Below, one piece after another: positions 1-8,384 of a DNA stretch of 64,000 nucleotides. Source of the DNA: Candidatus Polarisedimenticolaceae bacterium. GTDB taxonomy: Bacteria; Acidobacteriota; Polarisedimenticolia; Polarisedimenticolales; DASRJG01. Each line of letters opens with the position of its first letter. The stretch's first letter is position 1. The stretch spans positions 12,394 through 76,393 of the forward strand of contig DASUCV010000015.1 of NCBI GenBank assembly GCA_036275915.1, in the 5' to 3' direction. A program made the position numbers and the translations under genes. The notes under the pieces are model-generated. The model saw only the letters and a list, made by a program, of their open reading frames with translations, did no database searches and was not told where the DNA came from.

Positions 1-741
1 GGCGGTGAAGAGCGGCGAGAGCCGCGCGGCGACGTGCGCGGCATCATCGAAGCGGTGCTCCGGCCGATCGCCCTGAGGCTGCGGCTCTCGCGGCGCGACC
101 AGGAGCACACGCGGCAGACCCTCATCATCCTTCAACGGATGGTCCCCTGGAAGCCGCTCCGCCGCGGGACGCGTCATACGCTCATGCGGCGGCCGGCGTT
201 CGCCGACGCGCTCGCCATGCTCGACGCCCTGGGCCCGGTCCTGGGAGGGATCTTCGCGGAGTCGGCGACGGCGTGGCGCGAGTCGCTCGACGAGCCCGGC
301 GCGCAGGCGGTGCCCGCGCACGAGGCCGCACACGAGGCCGCACACGAGAGGCCGGCCGAGGGAACGAACGGCGGCGAGCGCCGGCGACGCGGGCGGCGCG
401 GCGGGAGACGCCGGCATCGCGAGCGCGAGGAATCGCCGTCGGCGCCGGCATCGTCTCCCGCACCGGCGCCGGTGCGCGCCGCGACGATGCCGCCGGTGTG
501 GGACGACAACTATTTCTTCGCGGCGCTCCCGTCGGTCCCCAAGCGCCACACCGAATCGAGCGACGGCGACACCGATCGCTACGGCGCAGACGTCGTGGCG
601 GCGAGTCCGACGCCGGTGGAACCGCATACGAATCCGTCCCCACGCAAGGCGAGGCGGCGCCGCGGCGGGCGGGGCCGTCGCAAGCCGGGGCCTATACTCC
701 CTGATGGCGATTCTTCCTCGCCGGATGGAGGCGAATCATGA
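1..741 (+). CDS. Partial CDS (5' end outside window): C-terminal part of an Arg-rich, probably RNA-binding protein; weak resemblance to C-termini of poly(A) polymerase/tRNA nucleotidyltransferase family proteins
   Basis: Frame 1 is open from base 1 to TGA 739-741; track ORF 34..741 is only its GTG-started part. It carries the tracts ERRRRGRRGGRRRHRERE and RKARRRRGGRGRRKPG. Its stop overlaps the next start (ATGA at 738-741). Confidence 0.45.
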   Translation, partial: GGEERREPRGDVRGIIEAVLRPIALRLRLSRRDQEHTRQTLIILQRMVPWKPLRRGTRHTLMRRPAFADALAMLDALGPVLGGIFAESATAWRESLDEPGAQAVPAHEAAHEAAHERPAEGTNGGERRRRGRRGGRRRHREREESPSAPASSPAPAPVRAATMPPVWDDNYFFAALPSVPKRHTESSDGDTDRYGADVVAASPTPVEPHTNPSPRKARRRRGGRGRRKPGPILPDGDSSSPDGGES

Positions 742-1346
742 ACAGCGCGCGCGTGGCGTCTCGCGTCGCTCTCGCCGCTCTCATCACGGGATCCTTGTGG
801 GCCTTGGGGTGCGGCGGAAGCAGCGGCAGCTCCGGTATCGGCGGAGGCTTCACCGCCAGCTCGACCGCGACATCCCCCGGTCTCATCAAGCTCGTCAAGA
901 AGTCGTCGAGCGGCTCGCACGTCGTCGTCTCGGCCGTTCTCTACGGCCCGGTCTCGGCCGATCTCTACTCGTTCGCGTTCGACGTCGTCGTCGGCAACAC
1001 GACGACCGCAAAGTTCGTTCCGAGCTCCGCGTCGCCGGGCGACACGCTGATGGCATCGGGCGGGCAGACGATCCAGGCCGAGGCCGACGTGTCGGGTAGC
1101 GATGCGACGCACGTCGTCGTCGGCGTGTCGAAGCTCGGAGGCGGTACCGGGAACAGCACCACGGCCAACACGACGATCGTCAACCTGACGTTCGCCCTGC
1201 AGGCGGCGGGGACCACCTCGCTCGCGATCGCGACGAGCCCGGCGCCCCAGGCCCTGGACAGCACCGGCACGCCGATCGGCGGCGTCACGTTCGACTCGGC
1301 GGCGGGTTCCCTGAGCGGCACTTCGAGCGGCGGCGGGGGCTATTGA
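738..1346 (+). CDS. Secreted lipoprotein with cohesin-like beta-sandwich domain
   Basis: Signal peptide with lipobox (LWALGC) followed by a Gly/Ser linker. The body resembles bacterial cohesin-domain proteins (VVVSAVLYGPVSADLYSFAFDVVVGNTTTAKF). The start is translationally coupled to the upstream gene. Confidence 0.7.
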   Translation: MNSARVASRVALAALITGSLWALGCGGSSGSSGIGGGFTASSTATSPGLIKLVKKSSSGSHVVVSAVLYGPVSADLYSFAFDVVVGNTTTAKFVPSSASPGDTLMASGGQTIQAEADVSGSDATHVVVGVSKLGGGTGNSTTANTTIVNLTFALQAAGTTSLAIATSPAPQALDSTGTPIGGVTFDSAAGSLSGTSSGGGGY

Positions 1347-1386
1347 CGGTGCGATAAACTGCGGGCTCCTCTTTCGGGGGTCCCCG

Positions 1387-1938
1387 GTGAAAGCGCTCCT
1401 GCCCCTCGCCCTCAAGGTCAACGGAGAGGCGGTCGAGGCGGCCGTCGCTCCGTACAAGACGCTCCTCGAGGTCCTCCGCGAGGACCTCGGCCTGACCGGA
1501 ACGAAGCACGGCTGCGAGCTGGGCGAATGCGGCGCCTGCGCCGTGCTCCTCGACGGCACGCCGGTGCTCTCGTGCCTGGTGGTCGCGGCGGCGTGCGACG
1601 GCCGATCGGTCGAGACGGTCGAGGGGATGGCGGGCCGCGACGGCGCGCTCCACCCCCTGCAGGCGGCGTTCGCGGATCTCGGCGCCGCCCAGTGCGGCTA
1701 TTGCACGCCCGGCTTCCTGCTGACCGCGAAGCATCTCCTCGAGGCGAACCCGAGCCCGACCAGGGACGAGATCGCCGACGCGCTCTCGGGGAACCTCTGC
1801 CGCTGCACCGGCTACAACCAGATCTTCGAGGCGGTCGAGGAAGCGGCGGCGCGCTTGCGGGGCGAGCGCACCGAGGCCGGGTCCGAGCGCTGGGCGAAGA
1901 CCGGCGACCCGCTCGCGGCCGAAGTGCGCAAGCGATGA
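1387..1938 (+). CDS. hcrC: (2Fe-2S)-binding small subunit of a xanthine-dehydrogenase-family molybdoenzyme (HcrC-like)
   Basis: Plant-type and second [2Fe-2S] motifs are present: CELGECGACAVLLDG...SCLV, CGYCTPGF and NLCRCTGYNQI. GTG start. Confidence 0.9.
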   Translation: MKALLPLALKVNGEAVEAAVAPYKTLLEVLREDLGLTGTKHGCELGECGACAVLLDGTPVLSCLVVAAACDGRSVETVEGMAGRDGALHPLQAAFADLGAAQCGYCTPGFLLTAKHLLEANPSPTRDEIADALSGNLCRCTGYNQIFEAVEEAAARLRGERTEAGSERWAKTGDPLAAEVRKR

Positions 1939-4379
1939 GCAACACGATCGGGAAGCCCCGCCGCCGCGTCGATGGGCGCGCGAAGGTGATCGGTGCGACA
2001 CGCTTCGCCGACGACGTCGTGCTCCCTCGCACCGTCGTCTGCAAGCTGCTCCGGTCGAGCGTCCCCCACGCGGTCCTGCGATCGGTCGACGCGTCGCGCG
2101 CCGCGAAGCTGCCGGGCGTCCTGCTCACGCTGACCGGCCGGGACTTTCCGATCTCGTTCGGCATCCTGCCGGTCTCGCAGGACGAAGACCCGCTCTGCCG
2201 CGACCGCGCGCGCTTCGTCGGCGACCCGATCGCCGCCGTCGTCGCGAAGGACGAGGCGACCGCCGCCGAGGCGCTCGGCGCGATCGACATCGACTACGAG
2301 GTCCTCCCCGCGCGCGCGACGCCGGAGGAGGCGTACGCCCACCCGGCTCCGCGCATCCACGAGTACGGCGAGGAAGGCAACGTCCACAAGCGGGTCTCGT
2401 TCCGCTTCGGCGACACCGACGAGGCGTTCGCGTCGTCCGACCGCGTCTTCGAGGACGTCTTCTTCTTCCAGGGCAACACGCACCTGCCGATCGAGCAGCA
2501 CGCCGCGATCGCGGCGCCGGACGGCGACGGCAAGCTCACGATCTGGTCCTCGACGCAGGTGCCGCATTACCTGCACCGCGCGCTCGCGCGCGCGCTCGAC
2601 ATGCCCGCCGCGCACATCCGCGTCATCGCCTGCCCGAACGGCGGCGGGTTCGGCGGGAAGACCGATCCGTTTAGCCACGAGATCGTCGTCGCGAAGGCGG
2701 CGATGATCCTCGGCAGGCCGGTCAAGATCACGCTCACCCGTGAAGAGGTCTTCTACTGCCACCGCGGCCGCCACCCGGTGCTCATGCGATTCAAGACCGG
2801 TGTCAAGAACGACGGCACGATCACCGCGATGCACCTGAAGACGCTCATCGACGGCGGCGCCTACGGCTCGTACGGCGTCGCCTCGACCTTCTACACCGGG
2901 GCCTTGCAGACCGTGACCTACCGGATCCCGCGCTACCGCTTCGAGGCGTGCCGGATGTTCACGAACAAACCGCCGTGCGGGCCGAAGCGCGGCCACGGGA
3001 CGCCGCAGCCGCGGTTCGGACAGGAGGTCCAGCTCGACAAGATCGCGGAGGCGCTCGCGCTCGACCCGGCCGCGCTCCGCCTCAAGATCGTGGAGACCGA
3101 GAACACCGTCACCGCGAACTACATGCACGTCCAGACGATCGGCCTCGCCGATTGCATCAAGTCGGTCGTCAAGCGCTCGGACTGGGCGAACCGGTTCAAG
3201 AAGCTCCCGCACGGCAAGGGGCTGGGGCTCGCCTGCTCGTCCTACCTCTCGGGCGCGGGGCTGCCGATCTACTGGAACAAGCTCCCGCACTCGGGGGTCC
3301 AGCTCAAGCTCGACCGGAGCGGCGGCGTCACCGCCTTCTGCGGCGCGACGGAGGTCGGCCAGGGCTCGGACGACGTGCTCGTCAACATCGTCGCGGAGAT
3401 CCTCGGCATCCATCCGTTCGACGTCCGCTACGTGACCGGCGACACCGATCTCACGCCGGTCGATCTCGGGAGCTATTCGAGCCGCGTCACCTTGATGATG
3501 GGGAACGCGGCGATCCAGGCGGCCGAGCGCGCGCGCGATCTCCTCGCGCAGGCGGTCGCGAAGAAGCTCGAGGTCCCGAAGGAACGTCTCGTCTTCGCCG
3601 AGCGCCGCGTGTTCGACACCGAGAATCCGGACAAGGGAGTCACCTTCCAGGAAGCGGTGATCCTCGCCGAGGCGGAGTTCGGCACGCTCGGGACGACGGG
3701 GTCGTACACGCCGCCGCGGTCGCCGGCGCGCTACAAGGGGGGCGGCGTCGGTCCGTCGCCGACCTACTCGTACACCGCGTGCGTCGTCGAGGTCGACGTC
3801 GACCCGGTGACCGGCTGGATCCACGTCCCGAAGGTCTGGATCGCGCACGACATCGGCCGCGCGCTCAACCCGACGCTCGCGCGCGGCCAGGTCGAAGGAT
3901 CGGTCTACATGGGACTCGGCGAGGCGCTCATGGAGGAGCAGACGTTCCGACGCCTGCCGCCGCGGCTGTCGCACGCGCTCGTCCACAAGTTCCCGTCGAT
4001 CCTCGAGTACAAGTCGCCGACGACGCTCGACATGCCCGACGTCGATACCGAGCTCATCGAGCACCCCGACCCGCGCGGGCCGTTCGGCGCCAAGGAGGTC
4101 GGCCAGGGCCCGCTCCTCCCGATCATGCCGGCGGTCGCGAACGCCGTGTACGACGCGGTCGGCGTGCGGATCGACGAGACGCCGGTCACGCCGGAAAAGA
4201 TCCTGAAAGCGCTCGACGACAAGGCGAAGGGAAAGCCCGGCCGGTTCGGCCCCGACGCGTTCCCCGACATCGCCTACCCCGAGCCTATGATCGTGCCGAC
4301 GCCGTGGGAAGGCGGCGACGGCAACGCCGTCAACGATCCCGATCGCAAGCGCTCGGCCAAGCTCGCCGAGAAGGTCTGA
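1935..4379 (+). CDS. hcrA: Molybdopterin-binding large subunit of a xanthine-dehydrogenase-family enzyme (HcrA-like), 814 aa
   Basis: The in-frame ATG at 1935 overlaps the hcrC stop (ATGA). The product begins MSNTIGKPRRRVDGRAKVIGATRFADD, as XDH/aldehyde-oxidase large subunits do, and continues with GGGFGGKT and a GQGS-containing motif. The 5' part of track ORF 1527..4379 is a frame extension. Confidence 0.9.
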   Translation: MSNTIGKPRRRVDGRAKVIGATRFADDVVLPRTVVCKLLRSSVPHAVLRSVDASRAAKLPGVLLTLTGRDFPISFGILPVSQDEDPLCRDRARFVGDPIAAVVAKDEATAAEALGAIDIDYEVLPARATPEEAYAHPAPRIHEYGEEGNVHKRVSFRFGDTDEAFASSDRVFEDVFFFQGNTHLPIEQHAAIAAPDGDGKLTIWSSTQVPHYLHRALARALDMPAAHIRVIACPNGGGFGGKTDPFSHEIVVAKAAMILGRPVKITLTREEVFYCHRGRHPVLMRFKTGVKNDGTITAMHLKTLIDGGAYGSYGVASTFYTGALQTVTYRIPRYRFEACRMFTNKPPCGPKRGHGTPQPRFGQEVQLDKIAEALALDPAALRLKIVETENTVTANYMHVQTIGLADCIKSVVKRSDWANRFKKLPHGKGLGLACSSYLSGAGLPIYWNKLPHSGVQLKLDRSGGVTAFCGATEVGQGSDDVLVNIVAEILGIHPFDVRYVTGDTDLTPVDLGSYSSRVTLMMGNAAIQAAERARDLLAQAVAKKLEVPKERLVFAERRVFDTENPDKGVTFQEAVILAEAEFGTLGTTGSYTPPRSPARYKGGGVGPSPTYSYTACVVEVDVDPVTGWIHVPKVWIAHDIGRALNPTLARGQVEGSVYMGLGEALMEEQTFRRLPPRLSHALVHKFPSILEYKSPTTLDMPDVDTELIEHPDPRGPFGAKEVGQGPLLPIMPAVANAVYDAVGVRIDETPVTPEKILKALDDKAKGKPGRFGPDAFPDIAYPEPMIVPTPWEGGDGNAVNDPDRKRSAKLAEKV

Positions 4380-4381
4380 CC

Positions 4382-5422
4382 GTGCTGCGCCTCCCGCTCT
4401 TCACGTACATGGCTCCCAAGTCGGCCCACGAGGCCGCCGCGATCCTCGCCGATCACGCGCCCGGCGAGGCGATGCTCATGGCGGGCGGGACCGACCTCCT
4501 TCCCAACATGAAGCGCCGCCAGCAAACGCCGAAGGTCGTCGTCTCGCTCGCGCATGCGGCCGACCTCCGCCACTCCGGAAACGGAAACGGCATGGTCCTC
4601 GGCGCGGGCCTCACGCTCACCGAGATCGCGCACGACGCGCGCGTGAGGGCGCACTACGCCGGCCTCCACCAGGCGGCCGCGCAGATCGCGACGCCGCACC
4701 TCCGCAACATGGGCACGCTCGGCGGCAACCTCTGCCTCGACACACGCTGCAACTACTACGATCAGACGGAAGACTGGCGCCGCGCGATCGGCTTCTGCAT
4801 GAAGAAGGACGGCGATACCTGCTGGGTCGCGACCAGCTCCGACCGCTGCCTCGCCGTCTCCTCGACCGATACCGCCCCGATGCTCATCGCGCTCGGGGCT
4901 TCCGTCACTCTCGTCTCGAAGCAGGAGGGCCCGCGCGAGGTCGCGCTCGCCGACCTCTACGAGAACGACGGCATGCACTACCTCACGCGCCGCCTCGACG
5001 AAGTGCTCACGAACGTCGTCCTGCCGCCGGCCGCGGGATGGCGGAGCGTCTACTGGAAGCTCCGCCGCAGGGGCAGCTTCGACTTCCCGGTCCTCTCGGT
5101 CGCCGCGGCGGTGAAGACCAAGGGCGGCGTCGTCGAGGACGCACGCCTCGTCCTCGGCGCGGTCGCCTCGCGCCCGCTTCTCGCACCCGAAGCCGCGCAG
5201 GCGCTCGTCGGCAAGTCCCTGAAGGACGACGCCGTCATCGCCGCCGCCGCCGACGCCGCCTTCGCCCTCGCGAAGCCGATGGACAACACCGACTTTGTCC
5301 TCCACTGGCGCAAGCGCGTGACGCGCGAGTTCGTCACCTACGCTCTGCGCGAGCTGCGCGGCGACGACCTGCGCGAGACGCGCCGCAAGGTCGCGCGGCA
5401 GGATCTCGTCTGGATCGGCTGA
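4382..5422 (+). CDS. hcrB: FAD-binding medium subunit with extra Cys-rich [4Fe-4S]-type insertion (HcrB-like), 346 aa
   Basis: GTG at 4382, 2 nt after the hcrA stop. It has an FAD_binding_5-type N-terminus (AGGTDLLPNMK). The insertion CNYYDQTEDWRRAIGFCMKKDGDTCWVATSSDRC gives Cys spacings of 16, 8 and 9. Confidence 0.88.
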   Translation: MLRLPLFTYMAPKSAHEAAAILADHAPGEAMLMAGGTDLLPNMKRRQQTPKVVVSLAHAADLRHSGNGNGMVLGAGLTLTEIAHDARVRAHYAGLHQAAAQIATPHLRNMGTLGGNLCLDTRCNYYDQTEDWRRAIGFCMKKDGDTCWVATSSDRCLAVSSTDTAPMLIALGASVTLVSKQEGPREVALADLYENDGMHYLTRRLDEVLTNVVLPPAAGWRSVYWKLRRRGSFDFPVLSVAAAVKTKGGVVEDARLVLGAVASRPLLAPEAAQALVGKSLKDDAVIAAAADAAFALAKPMDNTDFVLHWRKRVTREFVTYALRELRGDDLRETRRKVARQDLVWIG

Positions 5423-5423
5423 C

Positions 5424-6089
5424 GTGAACGTCCTCCTCTTCGGCGCCACCGGCATGATCGGCCGTGCCGCGCTCCTCGAATCGCTCCGCGACGGCCGCGT
5501 ACGCTCGGTGCTCGCGGTCGGGCGCCGTCCCACGGGCGTCACGGACTCGAAGCTCCGCGACGTCGTGGTCGAGGATCTCTTCGACCTCTCCGCCGTGAAG
5601 GACGAGCTTCCGGCGTGCGACGCGTGCTTCTACTGCCTCGGCGCCGCGTCGTACGGCATGACCGAGGCCGAGTACAGCCGGCTGACGTACGACCTCACGC
5701 TCTCCGTCGCGTCGTCGATCGCCGCGGTCAACACGCGCATCGCCTTCTGCTTCATCTCGGGCGACGGCGCGGACCCGAGCGAGCGCGGCCGCACGATGTG
5801 GGCGCGCGTCAAGGGGAAGACCGAGAACGCCCTTCTGCGCATGCCGTTCCGTGCCTTCATCTTCCGGCCGGGCTACATCCAGCCGCTCGACGGGATCAGG
5901 ACGCGCGTGACGCATTACCGCATCCTCTACGCAGCCCTGCGCCCGTTCTACGGACTACTGCGCCGCCTCTCTCCCCGTCACGTCACCGACACGCGCCGCG
6001 TCGGCCGCGCGCTCGTCGCCGTCGGCCTCGCGGGCCACGAGAAGCGCATCCTCGGCTGCGAGGAGATCAACGCGCTGGGCGAGCGGTGA
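5424..6089 (+). CDS. NAD(P)H-binding atypical SDR/epimerase-family protein
   Basis: N-terminal Rossmann motif LLFGATGMIGRA. GTG start 1 nt after the hcrB stop. Confidence 0.8.
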   Translation: MNVLLFGATGMIGRAALLESLRDGRVRSVLAVGRRPTGVTDSKLRDVVVEDLFDLSAVKDELPACDACFYCLGAASYGMTEAEYSRLTYDLTLSVASSIAAVNTRIAFCFISGDGADPSERGRTMWARVKGKTENALLRMPFRAFIFRPGYIQPLDGIRTRVTHYRILYAALRPFYGLLRRLSPRHVTDTRRVGRALVAVGLAGHEKRILGCEEINALGER

Positions 6090-6715
6090 GGATCGTCTCG
6101 GTCAACCTCGGCCGCCCTCGTGAAGTCGAGTACGAGGGCGAGATCGTCCTCACATCGATCTTCAAGACGCCGGTCGAGGGACGTGTCCGCGTCGCCCACC
6201 TCAACATCGACGGCGACGAGCAATCGGACCTCACGGTCCACGGCGGCCGCGACAAGGCGGTCTACGCCTACCCCTCGGAGCACTATCCGTTCTGGCGGAA
6301 GGAACTGCCGAGCGCGGAGCTTCCCTGGGGCGTCTTCGGCGAGAACCTGACGACCGAAGGCTTGACGGAAGATCACGTCGCTCCCGGCGACCGCCTGCGG
6401 ATCGGCGACGTCGAGTTCGCGATCACGACGCCTCGCCTCCCGTGCTTCAAGCTTGGAATCCGATTCGGCCGCCCCGACATCATCAAGCGGTTCATGCGAT
6501 CGCTGAAAAGCGGCTTCTACCTCGCGGTCCTGCGGGAAGGCACGATCGGTGCGGGCGACCCCATCGAGCTCGTTCCCGCCGAAGGCGATCGCGTCACGAT
6601 CCGCGAGATCTTCAGCCTGTTCCTGCCGAATCCGGATCGGAGGATCGCGAAAAGAGCGAGCGTGCTCGCGGGGCTGCCGGAGAATTGGCGAGAGCGGATG
6701 CGGGAGAGTCTCTAG
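6086..6715 (+). CDS. MOSC domain protein (YiiM-like)
   Basis: GTG at 6086 overlaps the previous stop (GTGA). MOSC signatures are present: DGDEQSDLTVHGGRDKAVYAY, FGENLTTEGL and the conserved Cys in TTPRLPCFKLG. Confidence 0.85.
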   Translation: MRIVSVNLGRPREVEYEGEIVLTSIFKTPVEGRVRVAHLNIDGDEQSDLTVHGGRDKAVYAYPSEHYPFWRKELPSAELPWGVFGENLTTEGLTEDHVAPGDRLRIGDVEFAITTPRLPCFKLGIRFGRPDIIKRFMRSLKSGFYLAVLREGTIGAGDPIELVPAEGDRVTIREIFSLFLPNPDRRIAKRASVLAGLPENWRERMRESL

Positions 6716-6720
6716 AGCTA

Positions 6721-7026
6721 TCAGCGAGCCCAGCGGATCTTCTTTCCGGTTACGCGAGAGTGAAGCACGTCGGGATCGAGCTCGACCCCATTCGGCCACG
6801 CAATCGTGCGTGCGGCGCGGCTGACGCGGACTCTCGCGAAATAGTCTGGATCTTCCAGCGCGGCGAAGAGATTGGTGAATGGCTCGAGGAAGGGCTTCAT
6901 GTCGATCTCGCCTTCGTCCCCATTGTCGAAGCGGAGCCACAACCTGTGAGCACCGAGGGCCTTAACCGCCCGCACCGCACGCAACTCGGATTCAATCGAG
7001 CGGGGCAATTTTCTCGAGGCTTTCAT
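6721..7026 (-). CDS. DUF2442-family small protein
   Basis: The 101-aa product matches the DUF2442 pattern: V.AV.ALG.HRLWLRF.NG.EGEIDM.PFL, DP.YF..V.V and I.WPNG.ELDPD.L. Confidence 0.75.
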   Translation of the reverse strand: MKASRKLPRSIESELRAVRAVKALGAHRLWLRFDNGDEGEIDMKPFLEPFTNLFAALEDPDYFARVRVSRAARTIAWPNGVELDPDVLHSRVTGKKIRWAR

Positions 7027-7179
7027 GTCGACTCGCTCGCTCCCAGTTTCGACTGATCTCGGGCAAGGCCAATCCCGCCCGAGGAGGCACTGAGAGAGTC
7101 GCAGATCACTCGACTCCGTGGACCTCTCCCAGCCCCAAAGCCCGTTGCATCCCGTTAACGTTTGACCTTTACAATTTGT

Positions 7180-7446
7180 CCGTTCTGTCTGTGCACTTTA
7201 TGTCGCGCCCAAAACCACTCCGGTATGTAATCCATTCCTCGGTGGTTTAGGTAAACCGGCTATGCACGTGTCCGGAGTTGTTCGTAAGTGATCGCACCCC
7301 GATGGCACTCGGCTTGAAGGACCTCTGAGCGTTCGTCCGTGCTCCGTCACGCGTCTAGGAGTGAACGACTCGCGCCACCCCGATGAGTTGAACACTCCAA
7401 GCCCCGGGTCGCGTACCCCCACGCGCGACCCGGGGCTCATTTTTTA
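7180..7446 (+). ncRNA. Candidate structured 5' leader (riboswitch/attenuator) or small RNA, unclassified
   Basis: Non-coding stretch with clearly lower GC. It has nested helices (7217-7223 pairs with 7272-7278; hairpin 7244-7257) and a 10-nt direct repeat CACCCCGATG (7295-7304 and 7376-7385). It ends in a canonical terminator 24 nt before the SGNH gene start. A possible promoter is TTGCAT (7145-7150) / TACAAT (7170-7175). Confidence 0.35.
7401..7445 (+). terminator. Rho-independent terminator
   Basis: Perfect 13-bp GC-rich stem GCCCCGGGTCGCG (7401-7413) / CGCGACCCGGGGC (7424-7436), a 10-nt loop, then TCATTTTTT (T6 at 7440-7445). Confidence 0.8.
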
Positions 7447-7469
7447 TGTGGACGCGGTAGGGTTACCCC

Positions 7470-8384
7470 GTGGCAACCGATAGGCGCATCGCGAAGGCGC
7501 TCGCGACCGGCAAGACCCAGGCGCGCGAGGTCATGGCGCGGCGGGCCGACGCGTTGAAGCGGCGAGCGAAGGCGGTTCGGGCTCATCAACGACGGGCAGG
7601 TGCGCTGACGGCGCGCGACGCGGCCGGGCCCGGCGTGCTCGTCGCCGAAGGCGATTCGTGGTTCGACTATCCGCTCCTCGACATCCTGCGCGTGCTCGAC
7701 GACGACTACGGGTACGACGTCGAGTCGGTGGCGCACAAGGGAGACCCGATCGAGGCGATGGCGTACGGTGGGACGCAGCTCGACGATTTCGCGCGGCGCC
7801 TCGAAAAGGTGCACGCGCGCGGCGAGGTGCCGCGGGCGGTCCTCGTGTCGGGAGGCGGGAACGACGTCGCGGGGACGGAGTTCGCGATGCTCCTCGACCA
7901 CCAGGCGTCTCCGGTCCCCGGGCTGAACCAGCCGGTCCTCGACGGCGTCATCGATCAACGCATCCGCTTCGCGTACGTCACGATCCTGAGCCGGGTGACC
8001 GCGGTATGCCGCGCGCAGTTCGGCCGGCCGGTGCCGATCCTCGTGCACGGCTACGACTATCCGGTCCCCGATGGGCGCGGGTTCCTCGGCGGGTGGGCGT
8101 TCCTGCCTGGGCCGTGGCTGCAGCCGGGTTTTCGTCAAAAGGGGTTCGGCAACCTCGACACGACGAAGGCGATGACCAAGGCGCTCATCGAGCGGTTCGA
8201 CGCGATGATCGAGAAGATCGTCGCGTTGCCGGACTTCGCGCACGTGACGTTCGTCGATCTCCGCGGATCGCTCCCGACCGGGAGCGACTACAAGACGTGG
8301 TGGGCGAACGAGCTGCACCCCACGCACAAGGGGTTCCGGAAGATCGCGGCCAAGTTCGCGGCGACGCTCGAGGCGCTGCCCTAG
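7470..8384 (+). CDS. SGNH/GDSL-type hydrolase, apparently cytoplasmic, with a basic ~60-aa N-terminal extension
   Basis: SGNH blocks I (AEGDSWFDYP), III (SGGGNDV) and V (NELHPT) are present. No signal peptide is visible. The GTG start at 7470 is uncertain; an alternative ATG lies at 7534. Confidence 0.8.
   Translation: MATDRRIAKALATGKTQAREVMARRADALKRRAKAVRAHQRRAGALTARDAAGPGVLVAEGDSWFDYPLLDILRVLDDDYGYDVESVAHKGDPIEAMAYGGTQLDDFARRLEKVHARGEVPRAVLVSGGGNDVAGTEFAMLLDHQASPVPGLNQPVLDGVIDQRIRFAYVTILSRVTAVCRAQFGRPVPILVHGYDYPVPDGRGFLGGWAFLPGPWLQPGFRQKGFGNLDTTKAMTKALIERFDAMIEKIVALPDFAHVTFVDLRGSLPTGSDYKTWWANELHPTHKGFRKIAAKFAATLEALP

Noticed and set aside
1812-4064. 750-aa ORF antisense to the molybdopterin subunit gene. 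Similar very long antisense or alternate-frame ORFs include 1418..2290, 9233..10510, 15393..16616, 17731..19770, 19801..21939, 36554..37573, 42271..44013, 44815..46512, 46982..48184, 52944..55037 and 55103..56872.
   Set aside because: These have Arg/Asp/Glu/Gly-dominated low-complexity translations with no recognisable motifs. Each lies opposite or out of frame to a gene with clear family signatures. Such stop-free shadow frames are the expected artefact in ~70% GC DNA.
7027-7200. Possible DUF4160 partner or remnant upstream of the DUF2442 gene
   Set aside because: All minus-strand frames contain stops within 15-20 codons (for example MQRALGLGEVHGVE*). None shows the DUF4160 N-terminal pattern.
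7376-7395. CCGATGAG resembling the hammerhead ribozyme CUGAUGA core
   Set aside because: The first base differs (CCGAUGA), and I could not find the matching GAAA/cleavage-site elements or the three-stem junction.
7198-7440. 80-aa minus-strand ORF in the low-GC gap
   Set aside because: There is no RBS, the composition is atypical for this genome, and it runs through the + strand terminator stem. No motif is recognisable. The region is better explained as non-coding RNA or leader.
8381-8384. Convergent SGNH and membrane-protein genes share a palindromic CTAG, so that each strand reads TAG as its stop
   Set aside because: It is real but probably a trivial consequence of tight packing. No hairpin or other signal lies between the genes.
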